Shown here piece by piece: positions 9,187 to 17,467 of a stretch of DNA of 64,000 bases. Origin of the DNA: Candidatus Multivoradales bacterium. GTDB lineage: Bacteria > Acidobacteriota > Thermoanaerobaculia > Multivoradales > Multivoraceae. The notes under the pieces were generated by a model. The model saw only the letters and a program-made list of their open reading frames with translations, was not told where the DNA came from and searched no databases. A program made the position numbers and the translations under genes. The stretch is from positions 1,088,001 through 1,152,000 of the forward strand of contig CBDCWI010000002.1 of NCBI GenBank assembly GCA_965223325.1. Direction: 5' to 3'. Position 1 is the stretch's first letter. Every line of letters begins with the position of its first letter.

Positions 9187-10785
9187 ATGAGGTTTGCCGA
9201 TCTGGTTGCGACCTCTGAGGAGGTGGCGGCGCGTGGCGCTCGTCTGGCCAAGGTCCAAGCCCTCACCGAGCTGCTCAATAGCCTTCCTGACAGCGGGCTC
9301 GAACTCAAAGGCATCGAGGCTGTGGTGACGATGCTCGCTGGCGAGCTACCGTTCGGCAAGATCGGCGTTGGCTGGAAGACGGCTCAGAAGGCCCTGCCAG
9401 AAGCCGCGGCGCAACAGGCGAGCTTGACCTTGGACGAGGTGCTCGAGGCCTTCCAGGCAATCGCCGCCACCTCGGGTAGAGGCTCGCAGGCGAAGCGGCT
9501 TGAGCTTTTGGTCGAGCTGTTTGAGCGCGCCACGAAAGCCGAGCAGAGCTTCTTGGCTCGGCTCTTGATTGGGGAGCTCCGCCAGGGCGCCCTTGATGGC
9601 GTGATGCTGGAGGCCTTGGCCGGAACATCGGGCGTTGCGCTGGCCGATCTGCGTCGAGCCGCGATGCTGGCAGGCGATACCGCAACCGTTGCCCGCGCCC
9701 TCCTGGTGCGCGGCGCTTCGGCGCTTGCTGAGTTTCGCCTACAGATCTTTCGCCCGGTACGACCCATGCTCGCCCAGCCCGCCGAAGAGGTCGCCGACGC
9801 CCTCTCCCGGCTCGGCCAGAAGCCCGTCGCCGTCGAGCTGAAAGTCGACGGTGCGAGGGTTCAGATACATCGCAAGGGCTCTGAGGTGCGCATCTACTCG
9901 CGCGCTCTACGTGAAGTCACCGAGGCGCTACCCGAGGTAGAAGCAAGCGCGCTCGCGCTGCCGGCCGAGGAGCTGATTCTCGATGGCGAAGCCTATGCGG
10001 TGACGCCCAACGGACATGTGCAGCCGTTTCAGACCACCATGCGGCGCTTCGGCCGTAAGCAGGACGCCTCGGAAGTGCGTGCCCGCCTACCGGTCGAGGT
10101 TCTGTTCTTCGATGGCCTGATGATCGACGGCGAGGAGCTGATCGATCAACCGGCGCGCGCTCGCTTCGCCCGACTCGAGGCCCTCCTACCTCGTGAGCTC
10201 CGCATGCCGCGTCTTCTCGATGCGGGCGAGCAAGCGGCGGCCGACTTTCTGCACCAGGCAACCGCCGACGGTCACGAAGGGATCATGATCAAGGACCTCT
10301 CATCGACCTATCAGGCCGGCGCGCGCGGGACCTCCTGGATCAAGGTCAAACCCGTCCACACGCTCGACCTCGTCGTCCTGGCGGCCGAATGGGGCAGCGG
10401 ACGGCGACGCGGCAAGCTGTCGAACCTCCACCTCGGCGCCCGCGACACCGAGAGAGAAGGCTTCGCCATGCTCGGCAAGACCTTCAAGGGTCTTACGGAT
10501 GCGCTGCTCGCCTGGCAGACCGAGCGCCTGCTGGTTCTCGAGACCCATCGCGAGGGGCACGTGGTTTTCGTTCGCCCCGAGCTGGTGGTCGAGATTGCCT
10601 TCAACGACGTGCAGAGAAGCCCCACCTACCCTTCGGGATTGGCACTGCGCTTCGCACGCGTCAAGCGCTACCGCGAGGACAAACGCGCTGCCGACGCCGA
10701 TACTCTGGCGCGCGTGCGCGAGATCCACCACGCTGGCCTTCCCACCACGGCTGCTTCGGCTAGCGGCCAGAAGACCAACGCATGA
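9187..10785 (+). CDS. ATP-dependent DNA ligase (LigB/archaeal-like, N-terminal DNA-binding domain + adenylation + OB domains)
   Basis: PMLAQ, motif I ELKVDGARVQIH, ILDGE, EGIMIK, WIKVKP, DLVVLAAEWGSGRR, LRFARV.RYREDK. Confidence 0.92.
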   Translation: MRFADLVATSEEVAARGARLAKVQALTELLNSLPDSGLELKGIEAVVTMLAGELPFGKIGVGWKTAQKALPEAAAQQASLTLDEVLEAFQAIAATSGRGSQAKRLELLVELFERATKAEQSFLARLLIGELRQGALDGVMLEALAGTSGVALADLRRAAMLAGDTATVARALLVRGASALAEFRLQIFRPVRPMLAQPAEEVADALSRLGQKPVAVELKVDGARVQIHRKGSEVRIYSRALREVTEALPEVEASALALPAEELILDGEAYAVTPNGHVQPFQTTMRRFGRKQDASEVRARLPVEVLFFDGLMIDGEELIDQPARARFARLEALLPRELRMPRLLDAGEQAAADFLHQATADGHEGIMIKDLSSTYQAGARGTSWIKVKPVHTLDLVVLAAEWGSGRRRGKLSNLHLGARDTEREGFAMLGKTFKGLTDALLAWQTERLLVLETHREGHVVFVRPELVVEIAFNDVQRSPTYPSGLALRFARVKRYREDKRAADADTLARVREIHHAGLPTTAASASGQKTNA

Positions 10786-11861
10786 GACTGTCGACCACCG
10801 ACCAGGGACCGATGGGACTGGTTCGGCGCTATGTGCGCCGTTCGTTGACCGTGCCGGGCTGGATTCTCGCCTTCCTCGCCTGCCTGGTCCTGGCGCCGTT
10901 CGTGCTGCCTATCCTGGCGATCATCGACATCGCGAGGAAGAGTGACTTCGTTCTCGTCCGCATGGCCACCTGGGGTATCTGCTACTTCGCCTTCGAGGTC
11001 TATGCGCTCATCGTGGCGCTCCTTCAGTGGCTCGGGTCGGGCTTCGGGTTGAACCAGAGACTGCTCGGCAACTGGAGTTTCGCGATACAGCTCTCGTGGA
11101 TCAACGCACTGGCGGCGATCGCATTTCGCCTGTTCGGAGTCAGGATCTCGGTCGAGGGCCTCGAGCGGGTCGAAGCCCTCGCCGGGCGACCGATTCTTCT
11201 GCTTCTTCGCCACGCCTCGATGGCTGATGTCGCCCTGGCGATCATGACCCTGCAACGACCGACGCGCTATCGCCTGCGCTATGTGCTCAAAGAGGAGCTG
11301 CTCTGGGACCCGTCGATGGACATCGTCGGCAACCGGCTACTCAACTGGTTCGTCCGAAGAAAAGGCAAGAACCGCGACCAGGAGATCGAGCGAGTGGCCG
11401 ATCTCGCGAACGGCCTGGGGCCCTACGAGGGCGTTCTCCTCTACCCGGAAGGCACACGATTCACTCCCACCAGGCAAGCGCGCGCCCTCGCCAGCATCGA
11501 AAAACACGGCAACCTCGAAAGACTCGAGCGTGCAAGACAGTACGTTCACGTTCTGCCACCCCGCCCCGGCGGCACGATCTCGGTCATCGAGAGAATCCGG
11601 GAGCAGGGAACCCCGGCGACCGTCGTCATCGGCGCGCACACCGGTTTTGAAGGGGCGGCGCGCCTCAAGGAGATTCTCGGCGGTGATTTGCACTACCGAG
11701 ACGTCTTGTTGCGCTACTGGACGGTTCCCCTCGAAGATCTTCCCGAGTCGACCGAGGGGCTCGAGCACTGGCTGTTCGACCAGTGGAGCGAAGTCGACCG
11801 GTTTGTCGACCAGCACGAGCCCGCGACCCGTGTGCGCGCGCAGCGACGCCGCAGTCGCTAG
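10782..11861 (+). CDS. Lysophospholipid / 1-acyl-glycerol-3-phosphate acyltransferase family
   Basis: HxxxxD (RHASMAD), YVLKEEL, YPEGTR, N-terminal TM helices. ATGA overlap with the ligase stop. Confidence 0.82.
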   Translation: MRLSTTDQGPMGLVRRYVRRSLTVPGWILAFLACLVLAPFVLPILAIIDIARKSDFVLVRMATWGICYFAFEVYALIVALLQWLGSGFGLNQRLLGNWSFAIQLSWINALAAIAFRLFGVRISVEGLERVEALAGRPILLLLRHASMADVALAIMTLQRPTRYRLRYVLKEELLWDPSMDIVGNRLLNWFVRRKGKNRDQEIERVADLANGLGPYEGVLLYPEGTRFTPTRQARALASIEKHGNLERLERARQYVHVLPPRPGGTISVIERIREQGTPATVVIGAHTGFEGAARLKEILGGDLHYRDVLLRYWTVPLEDLPESTEGLEHWLFDQWSEVDRFVDQHEPATRVRAQRRRSR

Positions 11862-11888
11862 TCGCCATTCTAGAGGTCGACACAGGTC

Positions 11889-12695
11889 ATGAGTAGCGCC
11901 CTACTGGGAACCGCCCTCGCCACCGCCGTCGCCATGGTCAGCCTCTGGGCCTTTACCGTCTGGCGTCGCGACGCCAGTCTCGTTGACCGCTACTGGGGGG
12001 CCGGGTTCGTGGTGATCGCGGCCGCGGCCTACCTGTTGGCTTCGGGCTATCCCACGCGCAAGCTGTTCGTGCTCTCCATGGTGGCACTCTGGGGCCTCCG
12101 GCTTGCGGCCTATCTTTCGTATCGCAACTGGGGCGGCGGCGAAGACCCGCGCTACCGGAAGATGCGGGCCAACTGGGGGACCCGTTTCTGGTGGGTCTCG
12201 CTGTTTACGGTCTTCCTGCTGCAGGGAGTCCTGATGTGGATCGTGTCGCTCCCCGTGCAGGTGGCGATGTCGCAGCCGCGGCCCTCGATGCTCACCTGGA
12301 TCGACGCGCTGGGCGTCGTGGTCTTCTCGATCGGCCTCTTTTTCGAAGTGGTCGGCGACTGGCAACTGCACCGATTCATCAGCAACCGCGAGAGCCCGAA
12401 TGAGCTGCTCGACACCGGGCTATGGCGCTACACGCGACACCCCAACTACTTCGGCGATGCGACCGTGTGGTGGGGTCTCTGGCTCGTGAGTGCTCAGACC
12501 ATGGCCGGTCTGGCGACCATCTTCGCGCCACTCCTGATGACGTTCCTGCTCCTGCGAGTCTCAGGGGTCGCCATGACCGAGAAGCGGCTCGTGAACAACA
12601 AACGCGGCTACGAGGCTTACCGAGAGAGAACCAGCGCCTTCCTTCCACTTCCTCCCAAGCCACTCCCCAGAGATCACGTGCGCGATCGGAGGTGA
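11889..12695 (+). CDS. DUF1295 (steroid 5-alpha-reductase-like) membrane protein
   Basis: WGLRLAAYL, EDPRY, GLWRYTRHPNYFGD, YRERTSAFLP. Confidence 0.9.
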   Translation: MSSALLGTALATAVAMVSLWAFTVWRRDASLVDRYWGAGFVVIAAAAYLLASGYPTRKLFVLSMVALWGLRLAAYLSYRNWGGGEDPRYRKMRANWGTRFWWVSLFTVFLLQGVLMWIVSLPVQVAMSQPRPSMLTWIDALGVVVFSIGLFFEVVGDWQLHRFISNRESPNELLDTGLWRYTRHPNYFGDATVWWGLWLVSAQTMAGLATIFAPLLMTFLLLRVSGVAMTEKRLVNNKRGYEAYRERTSAFLPLPPKPLPRDHVRDRR

Positions 12696-12710
12696 GGTGA
12701 GGTGAGGTGA
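12691..12710 (+). repeat. Pentanucleotide tandem repeat (GGTGA)4
   Basis: ggtga ggtga ggtga ggtga, spanning the DUF1295 stop codon. Confidence 0.9.
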
Positions 12711-12825
12711 GGCGAAGCAAGAAACACGTTTCCTCAGACCGTTGCTAGACTCGGTGCCACGAAACGCGAGCTACGCTTGGTCCCTGCCGAGGTCCTCGCG
12801 ACGCCCACCGCAGGTCTCCAATGCA

Positions 12826-13968
12826 ATGAAGGAAGATGCCCAGAAACGAATGCTGCGCGAGTCGCTCCGACGGCTCATCGACGAGGAGATCAATCCGCAC
12901 GTCGATGCCTGGGAGGCCGAAGGCATGTTCCCCGCCCACGAGGTGTTCGGCAAGCTCGGCGAGGCCGGCTATCTGGGGCTCCAGAAGCCCGAGGAGTACG
13001 GCGGCCTCGGCCTTTCCTACGACTACGCCGTGATGATGGCCGAGCAGCTCGGCTGGATCGATTGCGGTGGCATCCCGATGGCGATCGGCGTACAAACCGA
13101 CATGGCAACCCCGGCCCTCGCCCGCTTCGGCTCTGACGCTCTGCGTGAGCAGTACCTGCGCCCGGTAATCGAGGGCACGCAGGTAGCGTGCATTGGGGTC
13201 AGTGAGCCGCACGCCGGTTCAGACGTCGCCAACATCAAAACCACTGCAAAACGCGACGGCGACGACTACGTCATCAGCGGCACCAAGATGTGGATCACCA
13301 ACGGCATGCAGGCCGACTGGATGTGCTGCCTTGCCAGCACCGGTGGTGACGACAAGCATCGCGACAAGTCACTCATCATCGTGCCCCTCGACGCCAAGGG
13401 CGTCGAACGGGCCCGCAAGCTCGACAAGCTGGGCATGCGCTCCTCCGACACCGCCCAGATTTTTCTCGACGGCGTCCGCGTGCCGCAAACCAATCGCATT
13501 GGCGAGGAGGGCATGGGCTTCTCCTACCAGATGCAGCAGTTTCAGGAGGAACGCCTCTGGGCTGCTGCTCAGGTGCTGATACGCCTCGAGCGCACGCTTC
13601 GCGAAACCGCCGACTACACCGAGGGGCGGGAAGCGTTCGGGAAACCGCTCCTGGCCAACCAGGTCATTCACTTCCGTCTCGCAGAGCTGCAAACCGAAAT
13701 CGAGGCCCTAAGAGCGCTGGTCTATCGCGCCACCGATCAACTCGTCGCCGGCGAAGAGGTGACCTATCTGGCCTCGATGGCGAAACTCAAGGCCGGTCGT
13801 CTCGCGCGTGAAGTCGTCGACAGCTGCCTGCAGTACTGGGGCGGTCAGGGATACATGTGGGAGTCGCGCATCGCGCGCGAGTTCCGCGACATGCGCCTGT
13901 GGTCGATTGGCGGCGGTGCCGACGAAATCATGCTGCGCATCATCGCCAAATACATGTCCCTGGTCTAG
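12826..13968 (+). CDS. Acyl-CoA dehydrogenase (AtuD/citronellyl-CoA dehydrogenase-like)
   Basis: IGVSEPHAGSDVA, GTKMWITNG, KLGMRSSDTA, CLQYWGGQGY, SIGGGADEIM. Confidence 0.92.
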   Translation: MKEDAQKRMLRESLRRLIDEEINPHVDAWEAEGMFPAHEVFGKLGEAGYLGLQKPEEYGGLGLSYDYAVMMAEQLGWIDCGGIPMAIGVQTDMATPALARFGSDALREQYLRPVIEGTQVACIGVSEPHAGSDVANIKTTAKRDGDDYVISGTKMWITNGMQADWMCCLASTGGDDKHRDKSLIIVPLDAKGVERARKLDKLGMRSSDTAQIFLDGVRVPQTNRIGEEGMGFSYQMQQFQEERLWAAAQVLIRLERTLRETADYTEGREAFGKPLLANQVIHFRLAELQTEIEALRALVYRATDQLVAGEEVTYLASMAKLKAGRLAREVVDSCLQYWGGQGYMWESRIAREFRDMRLWSIGGGADEIMLRIIAKYMSLV

Positions 13969-13997
13969 GCCACTCGTTTACCCGGCAGCCCGTCTGA

Positions 13998-14894
13998 ATG
14001 TCCGCGTCTTCCAAGCCCCCGCCCGAGGGCTTCGTTCGGCAGTCGCTGGTGAGCTGGCTCGAGGCCTGCCCCGCCTGCAGTGAAACCCGCCTGTTTCACT
14101 ACTGTCGCGTACCGTCGAAATTCAACGACGGCGAGTTCATCCACTACGAACGTTGCGGTGGGTGCTCGGTGGTCATGCGCAACCCGCGCATGCCAGACGT
14201 CGCCCGTCTCGATGCCTACGAAGAAGATGAGCTCAAGCCGCAGCAGACCGTCGTAACCGAGAAGAACCGGCGGCACTATCGGGTTATGTTGAAGCGCTTG
14301 GCGCGGCTCCCCGGTTGCCACCACGAGCGTGGCGACGAGAGACGGCTCTTCGACTTCGGCTGCGGGGCTGGTGGATTGCTCACCGAAGCGAGCGCTGCGG
14401 GCTGGAAGGTGATGGGCCTCGAGCTCAGCCGCCCCCTGGCCGAGTTCGTCGAGAAGACGCACGGCATTGAAGTCTTCCAGGGTCTGGCGACAGATCCGGC
14501 TCTCGCTTCCGAGCGCTTCGACGCGGTGGTCTCGACCCAGGTGTTCGAGCACCTCACCGACCCGCGTCAGACGTTGCGGGCTCTGGGCCGGATCCTGCGA
14601 CCCGGCGGCCTGATGTTGATCGAGGTTCCCAACCTCGACCATCTTCGCGAACGCCTACGCCGCGGGGCCACCATGGACGACTCGCACATCTTCTGCTGGA
14701 GCTCGAAGAGCCTGCCGGCGCTCCTCGAGCGCGAAGGCTTCGAAGTCATTCGCACCGAGGAAGGCATTCGCACCTTCCACTTCGCTGCCCTTCGAGCTCT
14801 TCCAGACGGCGTCCACCGCGTTCTCGAGCGCCTCCTGGCACTCGTAGGCCTGCGCAGCGGCCTGACGGTCATGGCGCGCAAGTCAGCCCGGTAG
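13998..14894 (+). CDS. Class I SAM-dependent methyltransferase with N-terminal Zn-binding motif
   Basis: CPAC...CGGC, FDFGCGAG, QVFEHLTDP, LRPGGLMLIEVPN. Confidence 0.85.
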   Translation: MSASSKPPPEGFVRQSLVSWLEACPACSETRLFHYCRVPSKFNDGEFIHYERCGGCSVVMRNPRMPDVARLDAYEEDELKPQQTVVTEKNRRHYRVMLKRLARLPGCHHERGDERRLFDFGCGAGGLLTEASAAGWKVMGLELSRPLAEFVEKTHGIEVFQGLATDPALASERFDAVVSTQVFEHLTDPRQTLRALGRILRPGGLMLIEVPNLDHLRERLRRGATMDDSHIFCWSSKSLPALLEREGFEVIRTEEGIRTFHFAALRALPDGVHRVLERLLALVGLRSGLTVMARKSAR

Positions 14895-14918
14895 AGCTCG
14901 CTGCCGAACAGCGTTTCG

Positions 14919-15368
14919 TCAACCGCTGGCGGCGGGTCCCAGATGTTCTCGGAGAAGCGCCAGCAGGTGTTCCCGGTCAGCCTCGGAGAGGCCGTTCAGG
15001 CCGAGATCGCGCTCTACCCCCTCACCGTCAAAGACAACCCGCTCGCCGGAGAGCCGCCAGGCTCCCAGGCCAGACCAGGGGACGCCATACATATCGGCGC
15101 TGCTGTAGCGGCGGAAGGCCACTGCCTTGTCGCTCCAGCGCACCAGCGGTTCGCGTTCGGCAAGGCGCATGGCACGCAACTGACCCGCGGCCGCGAACAT
15201 CATGACCAGCCCCACAAACCCGGCCAGGAACCCGAGCAGCGGGCGAGGCCCGAGGTTGCGCAGCATCAGGTAGCCCATCAGCGCCCAGTTGACGACCAGG
15301 AGCGCCACCATCCAGCGGCTCCGCCCCAGGAGTGCCCGATCGACCCAGAATTCATTGTCACCCTTCAC
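14919..15368 (-). CDS. Hypothetical membrane protein (2 TM + small soluble domain)
   Basis: Two hydrophobic helices, GGGAGAG upstream of the GTG, and it fills the gap between annotated genes. Confidence 0.6.
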   Translation of the reverse strand: MKGDNEFWVDRALLGRSRWMVALLVVNWALMGYLMLRNLGPRPLLGFLAGFVGLVMMFAAAGQLRAMRLAEREPLVRWSDKAVAFRRYSSADMYGVPWSGLGAWRLSGERVVFDGEGVERDLGLNGLSEADREHLLALLREHLGPAASG

Positions 15369-15475
15369 TCGAGCTCTCCCATCGAACGATCGACCTCGTT
15401 CTCCTCGACCCTGCCATCAGCGAGGAGAACGGAGGCCTTGCCAGCGTAGCGCAGAGCTCCTGCGGGTGACTGAAA

Positions 15476-15865
15476 TCAGCCGATCCCGTATTGGAATTCT
15501 TCCTGGACGATCTTGCCGTCCTTGACGGTGTAGAGCGCCACCTCGGACATTTTCATCCGCTGGCCGCTCGGCTTGTTGGTGACATCGAGGTCGAAGAGCA
15601 CCGAGAACTGCTCAGGGTTGTGGCCGAGGAACGGCCCAGTAGCCTTCATCTCATGGATCTCGTGGTTGTCGTACCACCACTGGTTCTTTCCCTTGATGGC
15701 TTCGATCCCTTCCATCCGCGCCGGCATCTCGTCGCTCCCCTGCGCTTCGATACTGACGATGTTGTCGCCATACAGAGTGTTGACGGCTTCGGTGCCCTTG
15801 CCGTCGTTGCACAGCGAGACCAGGCGAGTGGCGATTTCAGCGGCGGGGTGTTGGTTTTCGGTCAT
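15476..15865 (-). CDS. SnoaL-like / NTF2-fold protein
   Basis: LYGDNIVSIEA, GIEAIKGKNQWW, MSEVALYTVKDGKIVQEEF. AAGGAG RBS before ATG 15865. Confidence 0.88.
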   Translation of the reverse strand: MTENQHPAAEIATRLVSLCNDGKGTEAVNTLYGDNIVSIEAQGSDEMPARMEGIEAIKGKNQWWYDNHEIHEMKATGPFLGHNPEQFSVLFDLDVTNKPSGQRMKMSEVALYTVKDGKIVQEEFQYGIG

Positions 15866-16024
15866 GGTCTTTCTCTCCTTGGTTCGTAGGTATGCGGCGG
15901 CGAGCGAAGCCCACCGTCTCGGGGCCCTTTCGTACGTCTCACGAGGAACAGGGAAGTGAAGATACGCCAGCCAGCTCAGCCAATCGATTCGGAAAAGCGC
16001 CATGGAGAGCCGGCGTCTCCGTTG

Positions 16025-16054
16025 GTTCTTCGAGAAGCTCGTTCTTCGAGAAGC
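16025..16054. repeat. 14-bp direct repeat GTTCTTCGAGAAGC x2 in a divergent intergenic region
   Basis: Exact copies at 16025-16038 and 16041-16054. Confidence 0.75.
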
Positions 16055-16242
16055 GTAAATGAGACGGTAACACAGGAGGTCGCTTCGCGGCAAGACGGCT
16101 GGGACGGATTTCCGGTGCCCCCGACCTTGGCGTCCCGGAGGCTTGGCCATTCCTTGCCACCAGGCTCATTCGCCGTGAGAATTGGCGGGCAGCCGCCACA
16201 TCGCGCCCAGGCGCGCCACACGACCTCAACAGAGACCGCGCC

Positions 16243-16986
16243 ATGGAACCGCAGGATCCCCACCAGCCACCGACCCCGCCGGCGCCGCCGAACCCGATCG
16301 ACCCCTACCGTCCACCAGAGGCGGCCCTCGAAGGGGCGGTTTCCCAGCTGGGCGACGTAGCTCTCCTCCCCTGGGAAGAGCGCAGTCGCCTCGGCTGGTG
16401 GCCCGGCCTTTTCGAGACCATCAAGCTCCTACTTCGTGCGCCGACCGAAGCGTTCGCCCGCGCGCGGCGTACCGGTGACCTGGCGAGTCCGATCACCTTT
16501 GCCTTCATCCTCGGTGCCTTCGGCCAGATCCTGTCGACGATCTATCAGAACGCCCTACCGCTCTCGGTCGCCAGCCTGCTGGGCCAACCGACCACCTTCG
16601 ATCAGCTGGGCGTTCTCGGCGTCGTGATCACGCTGGTGATCACGCTCGTGATGATTCCCGTCGGGCTCTTTGTCCTAGCGGGGATCTACCACCTGATGCT
16701 GATGCTCGTTGGTGGACTACGCGATTCCACGACCGGCTTCGAGGGCAGTGTGCGCGTCGTCTGCTATTCGTACGCTCCGATGTGCCTGATGATCATCCCG
16801 TTGGTTGGCATCGCAGTCGCGAGCGTGTGGTCGCTGGTGCTCTACATCGTCGGCTTCTCCGAGGTTCACCAAACGACAATTGGCAAGTCCGTGATCGCGG
16901 TGCTTCTGCCCATCGTCTTCTGCTGCGGCCTGATGGTCCTCGGCGTCCTCGCCATCGGTGGCCTGGCGGCGTTCAGCGGCTCCTGA
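16243..16986 (+). CDS. Yip1-family membrane protein
   Basis: LPWEER....W, P.EAF, GFEGSVRVVCYS, five TM helices, and a Pro-rich N-terminus with PYRPP. Confidence 0.8.
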   Translation: MEPQDPHQPPTPPAPPNPIDPYRPPEAALEGAVSQLGDVALLPWEERSRLGWWPGLFETIKLLLRAPTEAFARARRTGDLASPITFAFILGAFGQILSTIYQNALPLSVASLLGQPTTFDQLGVLGVVITLVITLVMIPVGLFVLAGIYHLMLMLVGGLRDSTTGFEGSVRVVCYSYAPMCLMIIPLVGIAVASVWSLVLYIVGFSEVHQTTIGKSVIAVLLPIVFCCGLMVLGVLAIGGLAAFSGS

Positions 16987-16989
16987 GGC

Positions 16990-17433
16990 TTGTCGGTGCA
17001 ACTTCTGAGTTCAACCCCAGAGCGAGAACGAGTCCCTGGCCCGGCGCAGCAGCTCGGGCTCTACTGGGGCACGGCGGCACTTGTTCTGCTCGCTCTTTCG
17101 CCCTGGGCGAGCTTCATTGCTGCGCGGGTTCCGGCATGCCTTTGGAAGAGCGCAACCGGCATCCCCTGCCCGGCCTGCGGCACGACCCGCGCCGCTCTCC
17201 ACCTGGCGCACTTCGAGATTGCCGAGGCGTTCTCGGCCTACCCACTGGCGTCTCTCGGTTGGACGCTCCTGATCGCCGGTGGACTCGTCGCTGGTATCGG
17301 CGCGCTAGCAGGCTACGGAGTTCCGAGTCTCCGCCGTCTTCTTCGTCGACCGGGCTCAGCCGGAACACTCAGAGTCGCCATCGGGCTGGCGTTACTGGCG
17401 AACTGGGCGTGGCTGATCGTAAGCGGCGCGTAG
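16990..17433 (+). CDS. DUF2752 membrane protein
   Basis: CLWKSATGIPCPACGTTRA signature. Confidence 0.85.
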   Translation: MSVQLLSSTPERERVPGPAQQLGLYWGTAALVLLALSPWASFIAARVPACLWKSATGIPCPACGTTRAALHLAHFEIAEAFSAYPLASLGWTLLIAGGLVAGIGALAGYGVPSLRRLLRRPGSAGTLRVAIGLALLANWAWLIVSGA

Positions 17434-17467
17434 TATCCCGCCGCGCTGCCACCGGGGAAGTGCCGGT

